Counted from the first letter of the stretch, positions 1 to 12,869 are shown. The stretch is 64,000 bases of DNA from Lama glama (GCA_028534125.1 CM052816.1:22942001-23006000); one strand, 5' to 3'. Numbers and translations are program-made. The notes: generated by a model from the sequence alone, not told the origin.

Positions 1-78
1 AGCTGCTATTAGTAAGAGATAGTAAGAGTTATCTGTTAGTATTGTCATTGCTGTTCCTTGTTTTCACCACTGCTATCA

Positions 79-226
79 TTAGTGTAGGTATTGAATGAAT
101 GTGTCAATGAGAATGGCCTTGATTAAGTTTTCCTTAGAAAATAATTCAAATATTCTCAGTACAGCCGTCATTTGGCTTCAGATCATCATCTAAAAACTAA
201 GAGACTGAATTGTTTTCATGAGGTCT
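79..226 (-). pseudogene. Probable last pseudo-exon: DLMKTIQSLSF*MMI*SQMTAVLRIFELFSKENLIKAILIDTFIQYLH*
   Basis: Strong acceptor cttctcctctgtttcaacag; phase-2 start; ends in consecutive TAA TGA TAG. Confidence 0.5.
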
Positions 227-1302
227 CTGTTGAAACAGAGGAGAAGTAAGAGGCCAGGCCATTACTGGAAAGCTGGAACATCATTTGTGTTCTCTATTAA
301 AAAACTAATTGCGTTAATTTTTCTCTACGAAGGAGAAAATTTCCTTCATTTATTTATATAAAGAAATTATTTCAATTTAGGGCAAGCTCTTTTGTTCCCA
401 CTACGCCACTTCATTTTTCCTAAAAAGAAATAATTGTCTATCTTAGAAAATCCTCTTTGAATCTCTTCCTATAGGAAAAGAAGATGTTCTTGTTTGAAGG
501 ACATATAGACTCAATAAATTAGAATAATTTACGAAAGTGAACAAGGAAATAATAAATCATTAAAGAGGTGTAAAATACAATGGTGACTATGTACCTAAGG
601 GTTGGGTAATTTGCCTTACAGATATTTACATTTATTTTATTCTGATTTAATTATGCAATTCTACATAACTAAATGGAGAATCTCACTGCCCTTAATGCAA
701 ATGCCTAATGATCTGTTATTTGGTAAGACCAGTAAATATAAAGGTTCTAAGTAAAACAGGAAATGTTTAGAATACCACTATTATTTTCCTCAATTACTGT
801 CTTCAAATATTAACAGTAAGTTCTTAAACCATGTCTTACTTCTCTGACAATAATGACACAATGAAATCAGTACCTAATTCTAAGTATTAAGGAGAAGAAG
901 TAAGTTTGGGAAAAACAAATGTACATATATCATTCTATAATTACAGAGACAATGAAAAATGTTATAGCTTGAATAAGGTAATTGAAAGCAAAGATCTAGT
1001 TTAAGTATGATAAGACGCCCTTCTTCAGGTTTGTCACACAAAATTAAGAGCATTACATATTTTACTGCTAAAATTCATAAAAATAATAGCATCTTGGAAA
1101 TAGCCATATATAATCTACTTTAAAAATTCACTGTACGCATGTGATAAAATTGCATGAAACTGCACGTATGGGCGCCTACACAATCTAAATCTAAACAAGC
1201 TCAGTGGAATATATTAACATCAACATCCTATTTGGGATATTTCACTACAGTTTTGGAAGATTTTGCCACTGTGGGAAACTGGTTAGAAGATACATGGGAT
1301 TT

Positions 1303-1467
1303 GGGGAGGGTACAGCTCAGTGGTACAGTGTGTGCTTAGCATGCACGAGGTCCAGGATTCAATGCCCGGTACCTCCTCAAAAATAAATAAATAAATAAAC
1401 CTAATTACCTACCCCCCCCCAAAAGAAATGTTAAAAGAAGTTAAAAAAAAAGTCACTAAAAAAAAAA
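1303..1467 (+). mobile_element. Camelid-type tRNA-derived SINE (Vic-1-like) inserted into an old L1 3' fragment
   Basis: GGGGAGGGTACAGCTCAGTGG A-box, B-box-like GATTCAATGCC, AAAT tail and C-run; TSD aagaYacatgggattt at 1287-1302 and 1468-1483. Confidence 0.9.
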
Positions 1468-1849
1468 AAGACACATGGGATTTCCTTGCATTACTTTTTA
1501 GCAGCTATACGTGAATCAATAATTGTCTCAAAATAAAAGGCTTAATTAAAAATTATATGCAAAAATTAAAATAAAATACTGTCTCATAAATCACCCTCAA
1601 AGTATACTTAAAAGAAGCACATATTGAAAACTTTTGATCCAAAGCTGCAGGTGTGAATTTTGCCTTTTTTCCTTCATAAACCCAGTGTTTTGAATGACTT
1701 TGAATAATTTTAAGTTAGTGGTGCATTTTCCCATTATTTTCAGCCCCATAAGCTTTCTTTATGCTTGTTTTATGAATTTAAGTTGCCCAAGGGCATTTGT
1801 GTTCTCGGATATCCCTTTAAAGTAACAAAAAACATAAAATATCTTCTTC

Positions 1850-2145
1850 CTGAAACCCTGTGACATGCCACAACACAGATGAACCTTGAGGATATTATAC
1901 TAAGTCAGTCACAAAAAGACAAATACTGTATGATTCCACTTACATGAGATGTCTAAAGCAGTCAAACTGATAGAAACAAAAAGTAATTTCCAGTGGCTGG
2001 GGGACAGGGGAAATGAACTGTTCAGTGGGTATAGAGTTTCAGTTTTGCAAGATGATAAAGTTCTAGAGATCTGTTGCACAACAAGGTGCATATAGTTGAC
2101 ATCACTGAACTGTACCCTTAAAAATGATAAAGATGGTAAAAAAAA
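1850..2145 (+). mobile_element. L1 (L1MB-like) 3' end fragment
   Basis: gatgaaccttgaggatattat...caaatactgtatgattccactt...cactgaactgtacccttaaaaatg matches the L1M 3' consensus. Confidence 0.85.
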
Positions 2146-2239
2146 ATGTTTCTTTTCCTTTTATTCCACATGCACCTCACCTTTCCTAAATGGGAATATA
2201 AACCACTGTCTGGCCAATTAGTATATTTTGTTATAAATG

Positions 2240-2556
2240 ATTTATTCCAGATTAGTTTCATTCACAGGCATGATCTCTCTCATGGTAGCCAAAATTGGTT
2301 CCCTTTGGCTACAGACTCGCATTTTGCACATTACAACCCCAGAGAAAGAAAAGCAGACTTTGCATCCAGACAAGGGCAGAGAAGTGATACAAGAAAGACC
2401 AAGTGCTTCCGAGAGCACTGAACATGTATATAGCCCTGAGCTACGCCTCAGAACAAACCACACTCAGACCTCCCGGTTCCCTAGGACAGTAGTTAACTTC
2501 TCTGATGCAGGCAGTTCAGTTGTGGTTCTGTCACTTGCAACCAAAGGAATCCTGTC
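2240..2556 (-). mobile_element. MaLR LTR (MLT1-like) fragment
   Basis: Reverse complement begins caggattcctttggttgcaagtgacagaacc, typical of the MLT1J/K/L 5' end. Confidence 0.65.
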
Positions 2557-2803
2557 AAAACAATCCAATAAACAGATACATTTTAATTTCGGCTCTCTAC
2601 TAATGCTTTAGATGATTTCCCTCTGTTTAATTAGCTAGTTTAATCTTGGTTGAAATCCAAATAACAGTCTCATATGGGCAATCTGTACCATTAAAACTGG
2701 TACTTTTCTTCTTGTTACATTTAATTTTGTTAGCTATTTTAGTTAAAAAAAAAAAACCCCAACCTGTCAGACAACACAGAAAATAGCTTCCAGACACTCT
2801 TAC

Positions 2804-2908
2804 AAGTGATGAAGTTTTCTTAGCAGTATATATTCTCTACAGTTTAAAAATACTTTCAGACAACATACAAAATCATCATCTGATAGAGATTTCCCAGCAG
2901 GATATATT
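2804..2908 (-). pseudogene. Pseudo-exon (phase 2-2): IYPAGKSLSDDDFVCCLKVFLNCREYILLRKLHH
   Basis: Acceptor tgtgtgcag, donor CTT|gtaaga; 105 nt open frame. Confidence 0.45.
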
Positions 2909-3129
2909 CTGCACACATGCTATCTTAAGCAAATATCAAAGAGACTTAAAATAAGAAAGAAATCACTAAGTTCATCAGATTTTAGTTGACAATGGTATTA
3001 TGGCACATAATCAATTGTTAGTTTAAATAAACCCATGTAATTATCCTGTTAGAAATAAAGTAATACTCCGATAAAAAATGATCACTGAACTTGACTGCAT
3101 ATCAATTTGCCTGATTTAGCCTGACATAC

Positions 3130-3219
3130 CTACATTCAGGCAGTGGCCACATAGATGCTTTCTGATACGTAGTTAAGATAAAAGCGGATGATTGTTGAAA
3201 CCTACACAATTCACTTCCC
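3130..3219 (-). pseudogene. Pseudo-exon (phase 2-2): GSELCRFQQSSAFILTTYQKASMWPLPEC
   Basis: Acceptor atctgcag, donor TAG|gtatgt; 90 nt open frame. Confidence 0.45.
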
Positions 3220-3478
3220 CTGCAGATATTTTTAAATTTTGGGTAAATTGTCAAGAAACATTCTTGCATTCACTATTCCCTTAAATCTTTTATTTTCCTC
3301 ACAATTAATTATAGAGAGGAGGCAAAGAAGAATTTCAAGAGGTTTTCAAGATGCCACTTTGCAAACTTGCACACATCCCTTCTTCATGTAATAGTAATAT
3401 AACTTAACTATCCCTTTCACTGGTGATTCAATTATCACACCGTAACTAATAATAGACAATAGGAAAGAAGGAAGTTAC

Positions 3479-3500
3479 CACTTTCAAAAGCGTTCATGAT
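3479..3500 (-). pseudogene. Candidate 22-nt pseudo-exon (phase 1-2): (D)HERF*K(W)
   Basis: ttttgtttttcaaag / gtaact; bridges the phases of its neighbours, but the upstream intron would be only 73 nt. Confidence 0.35.
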
Positions 3501-3573
3501 CTTTGAAAAACAAAATGTAAAGATAGTAGTTGCCATACAATTTTGAGACATTAACACAATGAATTTATCTTAC

Positions 3574-3637
3574 CCATTGGAGCAAATATGTCAACTACAT
3601 GATAGAACTGATCATACATAAAATTACACCTCATTGT
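3574..3637 (-). pseudogene. Pseudo-exon (phase 0-1): TMRCNFMYDQFYHVVDIFAPM
   Basis: Acceptor tctttttttctttag, donor TGG|gtaaga; 64 nt open frame. Confidence 0.7.
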
Positions 3638-3887
3638 CTAAAGAAAAAAAGAAAATAATCTGTTTTCTAGTCCATGGGTTTCATTCCAGTTACAAGAGCT
3701 TTTAAATCCCATCAACTCCTATAACTAAAGTTACAGTCAAAGATTTTCTTTGTTGTTTTTGCTATTGATTTTTGAATTTCCATTCTCCCCAGATACAAGA
3801 AACCAGTCACTTAACTTTATGAGACTGATTGGAAGCTTATTAATTCTGTATGAAAGTAATATCATCCACTAATGTAGAAGAACCTAC

Positions 3888-4147
3888 CTTAGGAATAGAG
3901 CAGACTTATGATACTCTGTTTGAAAAATGACATGTACTTCTTCAATTGCAAACTTTGACTACATAATTATTTTTAATGATCATCATTAACGTTCCTGTAG
4001 TAAACTTCATGGTAATTTGGACTGCTGTTTGCAAGAAGCTAAATTTTGATGATCTTCCAACAAACAGAAGGAGGGCCATTATGCAGTGTTCAATGATAAT
4101 TGGTTTAGGTGCAGTTTCTTAGGCCAGTAGGTCTATGTTCAAATACT
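3888..4147 (-). pseudogene. Pseudo-exon (phase 1-0): EYLNIDLLA*ETAPKPIIIEHCIMALLLFVGRSSKFSFLQTAVQITMKF...VCSIPK
   Basis: Acceptor ttttcatttcag, donor AAG|gtaggt; 260 nt with frame preserved; three stops. Confidence 0.75.
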
Positions 4148-4829
4148 CTGAAATGAAAATAAGACCTTATAGTTTCAAGATTTAAGAGTGAAAATTTCAT
4201 ATTCATTATGTAGAAAATGGACTTTGGCTGGCAGTACATTACAGAGTCCAATATTATTGGGTAAGCTGGGTAGGAGGACATACTGCAGGGCCATGTGCAT
4301 AGGAGATGCTCGGGAAACCTACTGGAATCCATTTAACATAAACGTTCAAAACATGAGAAAGATAACATAACACATCTATGACAGTATGATAATTTCTTTC
4401 AGTAACTTTGTGTGACCAAACCTTTCATGATCGAAACCTCCCCAATATTTTGGCTCCTTCTCTTAAACGTAGAATGAATGACTCATTCATTCATTTAAAA
4501 ATACTCATTGAGCTTCTAAAATGTGTCAGTTGCTATGGTAGAGCAACAAAAGAAACATGGTCCTGCTCTCATGGAGTTAACTGCCTAGTGGAGGAGACAA
4601 ACACTAAATATATAAATCATAAACAGCTGTATAATTTTGACAAATGCTCATTACGTTAATTATGCCATCTGGTACTTGCTGCTTTATCTGATTGTATGCC
4701 TTTCTAGATGTCATGCTCCTGGAGGGTAGCCTGGGCCTAATAATGAAATAGTTATGATTAATTTTTAATACATTCACATATGCACCCCCCAAACTAGTTG
4801 GTAACCAAAATAGGGATCAAAACATTTAC

Positions 4830-5274
4830 CGCAAGATGTCTGATTCTCTAACAGAAAATCTGCAGCATTCTGCATTATTTCCCAGGCTTCCAAATGTTTC
4901 TTTAAGTTAAAAAGCAAAATGTCACAGAGGTCTTCACACATCTGTGTGGTACAAGACTTGGCACGTATCTTAAAGCTTTTATATCTCACTTAAGTAGTCA
5001 CTCGCAGTCCCATGCTATTGCACCATGACTGACGGTGGTCATACATCTCTTTACTATTTTCGTAATTGATGTAGTCATCCAAGCAGGGAGAAAGGTCGAG
5101 GACACCCATCATCATTCCTGCTTTGTGCCACCGGAATGTGAAATGATCACAGGGGTCCAAACTGATTCTACATCAGGCTGGGCCCTGTCACATTAATAAT
5201 TTCTGCACAAATAAATGAGGTGCTGCTGCGAGACCACAGGAAACGAGGCAAAGCTGGAGGAAGGCCTTTGACAC
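4830..5274 (-). pseudogene. Pseudo-exon (phase 1-1): VKGLPPALPRFLWSRSSTSFICAEIINVTGPSLM*NQFGPL*SFHIPVAQSR/fs/MMGVLDLSPCLDDYINYENSKEMYDHRQSWCNSMGLRVTT*VRYKSFKIRAK...QNAADFLLENQTSC
   Basis: Acceptor cttgtctctatgcag, donor GCG|gtaaat; 445 nt; three stops and one frameshift; includes most of ORF 4774..4989. Confidence 0.75.
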
Positions 5275-5552
5275 CTGCATAGAGACAAGACAGTCTTCCA
5301 TTCAGGAAACAGGATGGAACTCAGAGTTATGTAGGAACTGTTCAAGTGGAGTGGAGCGGAGTTAGGACTGGCTATGGGGGACATCTCAGTTATTTAAAGG
5401 GAAGAAGAAAGAAGCGTTCGTGCATGTTCCTCTGTCATTCTTTCAGCTTGTGCTCATGCATATCTGTTTTGGGCTAAGATCCTGGTTCTGGAGGCAAAGC
5501 CTTGGCTTTGAGATCTGCTTTTCCATTCCCAGTCTGACCTTGGACAAGTTAC

Positions 5553-6458
5553 CCATTCTGGGAAAAGAAGAGCTCTTCAATTATTCTGTTCATTATAGAA
5601 AACATGTTAAGATATGTTTAAGATGTTTGGCATCAACGGGTGTCTCTTGTATTTTTATTAAGTCAACTTCAGATAGTGAAATCTCTTGCACTCTAAAGCA
5701 GACTGCAACAACATCCCTGCTAAATGCCAATATCTAATTTAGTAGGTTACTCATGAGTAACCTTTAGTTATACATAAACTGTGAAGATTTTAAGATTGTG
5801 TATCCTTTGCCTGTAAGAAAGGACTTACACATTTAAACCAGTTCCCAGGTCATCAGGTAAAATCTAGTCGTTCATCAATAGGTGACCAGGACGGCTGGGA
5901 CATTCCCTTTAGCCTCACTCGATGGTTAGACAGGTTTCTTCCTGACTCAAGGTCCCTTTTCTCCCTCTTCTGGGAGCATTTACTTCACAAAAGTTATAAC
6001 TGTAACCACTTCCTCTGCTTCTATGAGATGTAAATCTTCTTCCAATCTCTTGCCAGGTTTACAAGCCAGCATGTCTTTCTTAAGGAGCTGGGAGCCATTC
6101 CTCTGAACTGTAATCATCCAGAAAGACAGAGATACTGGGTGGGTCCTTGGGTGGGGGATAGAAAGCTCACTCCCGTACGTGCTGTTTAGCACACACAGAT
6201 GGCCTAATAACAATGACCAGTGTCCCTGCTGAAGTCCTCTAGCACCTTCCCACTAGCTCAGCCCAGCACTTAGACTCTCCTGCCTTTTGTTTCAGCAGCA
6301 GTTGATTTCAAACTCTCTCCCCTGTTGCGACAGTTCTGAATAAAGTCTTCCTGCCCTGTTTAACTCTGTCCTGTGTAATTTTCCTTTCACAGGGGGCACA
6401 GGCGCAATACTTGGTGATGCACCGTGTTGATCCACTTAAAACTCTTTGCTCTCATTAG
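5553..6458 (-). pseudogene. Pseudo-exon split by a solo LTR: LMRAKSFKWINTVHHQVLRLC [LTR 5812-6391] GKGYTILKSSQFMYN*RLLMSNLLN*ILAFSRDVVAVCFRVQEISLSEVDLIKIQETPVDAKHLKHILTCFL...
   Basis: Long polypyrimidine tract + aag before 6458; both flanks of the LTR read as coding; donor ATGG|gtaact is phase 1 and matches the next exon. Confidence 0.55.
5812..6391 (+). mobile_element. ERV solo LTR inside a pseudo-exon
   Basis: TG...CA termini; AATAAA near the 3' end followed by gtcttcc...tttaact...ttcaca; no clear TSD. Confidence 0.8.
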
Positions 6459-7924
6459 CTTAAAAAAAAAAAAAGAAAGAAAAGAAACACTCAAATTAAG
6501 ATCCTGCTCCTTATGGTGTAATCAAGGAGATAAGCAGTGCTTCCTTCCAGCTGATTTTATTAACATTAAAGTTTTATGAAAAATTATGAAGATCCCTAGA
6601 GCTAAACATCCAATTAAAATAAAATAAGCATGGCAGGATGTCTATTAGGATGTTTTTCTTAGAAGAAAATTCCTAATTATAGTGCGGTAGCCTTCTGCCT
6701 GGGCTCAGCACTGCTGTGGGAATGGATAGGAATCACAACTCCAATTAACAGGTAGGTGCTTCCAGGATGGTGCTGAACTAAAAATAAGTAAAGCCTCATC
6801 TTTCAAAAGTCGAGTTTTCTGGAAAGGAAAACACAATGACTTGAGTCATTCTGACCCTTCGAATTGCACTGATATTTCCTTCCTGGAGACTGGGTACACC
6901 TTGTCTTTGTTTCCCGTATATCAAGTTGTCACAACAGGAAAACATAATTTGTATTTAAGGCTTAATAAAATCATTTCATGAGACCCAGTTAGTGTCGCAG
7001 CATGTTAATTAGCTTTAGTAAAAGAGTAAAGGATAATTTGGGTTTCAAGTCTGCAGAGGTATCTTTCAAAATGCATTAAAAGGTGTTAAAATTTTTTTTT
7101 CTGTCTGAGCAGATAAAATTATATAAATGACATATTTTTAGTCCCAAGAGGCAAAGGTAGAATTCCAAGAAGAAAATGGATGAGAGTTGAGGAATATAAC
7201 TGACTGGTACATTCAATGAGTTAAAAAGCTATATTGTATAAATGAGCAAAACTGTACACTCCAAATCCCACTAGCTTTTGGTTTGTTTTCATGAGTCTGT
7301 TTTCAACATTACTGCTCCCAATACTGGAGGGTATTTAAAATATGTTCTAGATAATGTTTACATGGTTTTTATTAAAGATAACTTAAAATATTTACATGCA
7401 TATCATATCTAAATTTTTAGATTTTGTAGGGCTAATCTCTGGCACGTTCATTGTGGAAAGAATTCATAAAAAGGGAAATAACTTGGAATCACAATCTAAC
7501 ACATGGTTTATAGGACAATTAGCTATTTACAAGGAGAAATACATTTAGATCCTTATCTACTTTATAGCTTATGCTGAACATGTTAGATACATACATGCAC
7601 ATGTATATATGTATGTGTGTACATGTATGTGTGCATCTCAGATGTATTAAAGACCCATTTCTTACTAGAATCACCCGTTACAACAGAAAAAAAATACTTT
7701 AAAAATGTGGGTAAATATTTACATTTTCTAACATGAGGAGAACTCCTTTTTAACCAAAAACAAAAGTATAAACACAAAAATAAAAATTAGATTTTAGTAT
7801 TATATTAGCATTAAAATATTCCCATATCGAAAGCACCATAAATAAAATTTGAAAGCAAACATTAAACTAGGAAAGTGATTCTTGCAATAATGATGCCATG
7901 TCAAGAGTTATTATCTTTTATCAG

Positions 7925-8250
7925 TTGTACATGGAATCTAAAAAATGATACAAATGAACTTATTTACAAAATAGAGACACACTCACAGACATAGAAAACA
8001 AATTTATGGTTATCAAAGGGGAAAGTGGGGAGGTAGGGATAAATGAGGAGTTTGTGTGTAGCAGATACAAACTACTATGTACAGAATAGATAAACAACAA
8101 GGTCCTACTATATAGCACAGGGAACTATATTCAGTATCTATACTGAATAACCTATAATGAAGAAGAATACACATGTGTCACTGAATCAGTATGCTGTACA
8201 CCAGAAACTAACACAACATTGTGAATTAACTATACTTCATTTTTTTAAAA
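7925..8250 (+). mobile_element. L1 3' UTR fragment (artiodactyl/camelid type)
   Basis: gaacttatttacaaaa...gacatagaaaacaaa...tatagcacagggaactatattca...gctgtacaccagaaact; same family as the 3' end of 31596-32834. Confidence 0.9.
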
Positions 8251-8279
8251 ACATTATTATCCTTAATGTATCATTAATC

Positions 8280-8950
8280 TATCATTGCTCTCCTCTCACC
8301 TTCATCACCAATTCCAATCTCTTTTCCCTTCCAACTATCTCTTGAATCTTGATTCTCTTTTTATATCATCAAGACAGACACTCTGATCCAAGATACTGAG
8401 AACTTCTCTGTATTTCTGCAACAGTTACCTATCTGACCATGTCTCATCTGGCCACTCTCCAAACAGTTCTCCACCATACAATATAAGTTATCTTTTCAAG
8501 GCCCAAATATGATCATGCGACTCTCCTTTTCCCCTCAGTGACATCCAGTGCTCTCAGAATAATAATGCTTTTAGAGTAATGCATTCCTCTCCTGCTTTCT
8601 CTCTTACCTCTCGCTGTCTGTGCTCGAGCCCTGCTGGCTTCCTCTCTCCCTTAGTGCCTTTGCACGTGCCTTTCCCTCCACCTGGAATGATCTCCCGTCC
8701 CTCACTCCCATTTCTTCTCCTATTTAATTATTACTCAGCTTAAATATCACTGCTTCATGGATAACTCCTCTGACTACAGCAGGACTCGTGTATGTTCTCC
8801 TGGCTCTAGGCACCATTCTTTCCCACTGTTTAACCCAGTTTTAATTTTACATTCATTTATTCATCTAAATACACGTATCCAAAACAAATCTGGGAGTTTT
8901 CTGAAGGCTAAGACTTCTTTTCATTTTATCTCCAGCATCCAGCATGCTGT
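8280..8950. mobile_element. L2 fragment
   Basis: Pyrimidine-rich L2 motifs (gatcatgcgactctcc, gcctttgcacgtgcc...cctggaatg, ctcagcttaaatatcac). Confidence 0.7.
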
Positions 8951-9978
8951 AAATGATTCTGGCCAGGGCTGTCTGGAGATGGGAGCCTTAATGTACATCA
9001 CATGCCTATGAGTAGACTCCAGATTTTCAGGAAAGACAGAGACTTCTAAAGATCCTACTAGAATCAACCTGGTCTTTAAGTCCCTGCTTTAAAGCCTGCT
9101 TCTGCACAGTGATGTATTGAAAGGGAAAAAATGAATAAAACATGTACCTACTAAAAGAAACAAATGTAGTTTCTTCTCTCAACTTTCTAGTTCCCTTCCT
9201 AGTACCACTAATTTTCTTCCTGACATGTAGACTCATTACTTAGCAACATCTCAGACTCCTTTCTTCCTTTTTCCGGCATCCCTTTCAACACACTTCATTT
9301 TTTTTTTTTTACAGGTGCTTCCTAATTATCCTTTTGTTTCCTCTTCTTTTACTGCTTGGACCCTACTTCAAGTCTGGATTCTTGCAAATGTTTCCATTAG
9401 GGGACTTAGTACTAGCACTCAAAGAAGCCACAGAAGGTTAGATGCAGATGAAATATAAACGGCTACATCAGAACTCCAGGAGAGACCAGGAGGACATGTT
9501 CACAGGATGCTGGAGCCCATTTCCCTCCTCACTTCAATTGGAGAAGCTCTGCTTTGAGCTGTGATATATTAGGTTTTTAACTAACCGTTTACTTGAAAAA
9601 CTTTCTGCAAACGGGAAAAAAAAGTTTGAAAATCACTGTTCTCAATCACCTGAGGTTGCCTTTTCTGCACAGCCGTGCCAATTCAAATGCTACTCATCCT
9701 CTGAAATCTAGTTAAATTTCTACCCCACAGATGCATCTTCTATCAATTCCAGGGCAGCCTGACTCTTTTTTGCAAGGTATTACAGAGCTCAGTAGAGCAC
9801 ACAGATTGGGGTTGAGTATAGTACTTGGTTTCCTAATTTATTCTTTTGTCAGTTACAGATTCCTTCCTTCATTTAGCTAATTAGGTATTTAGTTATTTTC
9901 ACTCCTTTTCTATCGACAGTTAGATTTTAAGTTTAATCTGGCAAAGATACTATCTAACAGATTTTTTATTTAGCTCAC

Positions 9979-10290
9979 TATGACTCGTGTTGGGATAATT
10001 AAGGATGACAAAATCTGATTAAATGATCATGATTTTAATGAGGAAGAAAAATAAATATGTTGTCTTAGGGAAAAAAAAAAAGATCTTTCTTAGAGCAGAA
10101 TTTAGAACAAATGGGAGCCCCTCTTCTGGATCCCAAGTTGAAAAAGATCTAGAAGTTGAAGGGAAAAGTGCTATGACAAATTGGGAGGGAGTCCCATGGG
10201 CCATTTGTGTGAGGGACATGAAAGCTGAGGCACACTCTTGCTGCTTAAATGTCTTTGTCAAAAGTTTCTGTGTATGTTCATGTAAGTTAT
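9979..10290 (-). pseudogene. Pseudo-exon: (D)NLHEHTQKLLTKTFKQQECASAFMSLTQMAHGTPSQFVIALFPSTSRSFSTWDPEEGLPFVLNSALRKI...
   Basis: Very strong acceptor tttttttcttctttttag; about 90 open codons (ORF 10019..10348); putative donor gtgagc. Confidence 0.65.
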
Positions 10291-10451
10291 CTAAAAAGAA
10301 GAAAAAAATCAACCAAGCATCAAACATACTTTGTGTTCCTTCTGACAATCTGTCTCTCTATTAAAGAAAATCATGTATGTTACTAGAAGCCATATTCTAC
10401 TCTTTTCACATATAAACATTTTTGGAGAATGAAAACGAACACTGATATTAC

Positions 10452-10566
10452 CTTTGTCCTCCACATGTTTGCCTTCCATGTACTCTTTCCTCAACTTCTT
10501 GATCCTATTTTTTTGGGACGGTGGGGCTGGGCATTGAGAAGTACATGATAACGAACTAAATAATTC
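10452..10566 (-). pseudogene. Pseudo-exon ending ...NRIKKLRKEYMEGKHVEDK (phase-1 end)
   Basis: Acceptor ctctgctatag, donor AAG|gtaata; open frame; phase joins exon 9979-10290 (G|AT=D). Confidence 0.65.
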
Positions 10567-12869
10567 CTATAGCAGAGTGCTGGTGTGCACGAGCTGCACT
10601 GATTGAAAAATTGCCTGTTTGATGACAAAATAAACTTGAAAGTAATTGCAATTACACAGAGAAGGCACAATATTGCTACACTCACATCACCTGAGTCTAG
10701 CTCTAAGTTGATTGCGGCTTTGTAATTTATTCCTTCTGTGGTACTGTGAGACCCATGCTACAACTGCTATGAGGCTTTTCCGTCACCCCTCACGATTCCC
10801 TTCTGAGGGTGTCCCAGAGCTCTGCCCTTGTAGAAAGTGTGATGAGAAATAACATACAAACTAAAAACAAACAAACAAACAGAGACAGGACTAGTGAGAG
10901 TTGGCTTTATGGCTTTTTCAAAAGGAATATTGGAAGGAGCTGATTTCACAAGGAAGATGCTTAGATTTGAAGTCTATAGACAAGCTACGTGACCGTGAGC
11001 AAACCACATTATTTGTGTCAATCTTCTCACCCATTAAATGGGGAGAATAAAGCACTGCCTTTTCAAATATAAAATGCTGGTGTGAAAGTCAAAGAACAGT
11101 TATGCAAAAGTATTAAAATATTTACATATATGATACATTATTTAAATGAGCAGTTTAAGAGATGTAGAAAAAATGTATCTCTGATTAAATGTTTATTTTC
11201 TACAAATGTTCCAAAAACCAAGGAATGACATTTATTACATATAGAACTAGCTATAGATAAAAGATTTATTGAGGAGTAAAATCAATTGACAAAATAATAA
11301 CTAAATAAAAGTATTTTTTGGTATAAATTTGAAACATTACCCAAAGATACTCTTAACTTTCAACCAGTAATTTTCAAGTAAAAAAAATCAAATACTCATT
11401 TGAGATCAGAAATTCTCAATGGAATTATGGTGTATCAGAATCTTGGGTAAGATATATAGATACTACAATTTGAATAAAATTATGTATATATTCTAAAATT
11501 ATCATTGCTCTCATTTATTTTTACCATATTTTCCCAACCTAATTTAAAGTTTTAAATAACAGCAAAGAAGGACATTAGATTAGTAAGTAACTTAAAAGAC
11601 ACCACGAAATCCAGTTTTCAGTAATTTACTTTAGAATTTAGGACTTCTTAAACTCCTTTATCAGGAAAATTAAGGATGGTTTCAAATGAGATATTTTCTT
11701 ACTTCTGAGTTCCTAAAATAATTTGTTTTGGTCTTTTTTGTAAGACAAAATGGTCAAACTACATTTTAAGGAATTAAAATCACTCAATTCTAAATCGGAA
11801 ACATTATGCTAACTTCAAAGTGGTGAGAAAATACAATAAGCATTCTTTTATTGCAACAAGTTTGTAATGATAGTATAAATGACTGACACCCTTCGCAAAA
11901 TAACCATGCCAACTTTATAATAAACATTATAATGTGCCTTTGAAAATCCTAATAAGAAATGTATAGGAACAACTAAAGAGAATTTAAGAGCATAAGAGCA
12001 AACCCTGAATAAACTGCAAAACTTACCATAATCATGAATAAGTAATCAACTCCTTAAAAATTGATTTCTAAATTAGTTAAAAATTCATTAATTAAGTAGA
12101 ATTTATTAAAATGCCTTTTAAAATACTATGCAATTCCAGAAAATATATCAACTTTAAAAAATGGAACTTAGTGGGCTTATCCCAAACTATCTGTGGTGGT
12201 TGAATAAAACTAGCCAAAAAAGTCTTGAAAAGGAAAACATCAAATTTCTTTGAGTAATTTAAATAGTGTGGTAACAGTAGAATAATAGACAAATACATCA
12301 ACAGAATAGAATGAACAATCCAGAAAGATTTCTACACATGTTAGAGAAATTTAGTAAATTAAAAGGTAGTAATTCTAGTAGGTGGTTAAAGGATAAATTA
12401 TTCAACAAATGCTGTTAGGACAATTGTCCATAATTCAGGAAAAATAAATTTGATTCCTAATTTAGAACACATAAATATAAATTTTAGATGATTAATTATA
12501 TATATACTTAAAAATAAAAAACTATAGACATCTTAGAGGAAAATTACCTTTTTTCTATCTTTTTTTTTTAAATGGTAATCTTTAGAGCATACTTTGAAAA
12601 ATGAGAGAAAAGATTTTCAGAGGAAAAGACTGTGCATGTGATGCGTATAAACAGGAAAAAGCCCCAAATGGACCCTAGGAATTCTCTGTTTCTGTCACTT
12701 TGGGACTTACTTTATTTTCATAAGAAAAGACTCAGATTAATCAATTTTAGTCTTTGTTCTTTTAAGTAAGTTGTATCAAAGTCACTGAGTATGTTTGCCT
12801 GAGGGAATGCAGGAAACTTTTTGTTTAGACTTTCAGATGTTGTCTTCCTAAGTAGATCATGGAGAATCT

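Noticed and set aside
1303..1375. tRNA-like sequence (also at 53302)
   Set aside because: Head of a tRNA-derived SINE with A-rich tail and TSD, not a tRNA gene.
2237..2611. 124-aa plus-strand ORF
   Set aside because: Lies over an MLT1-like LTR fragment.
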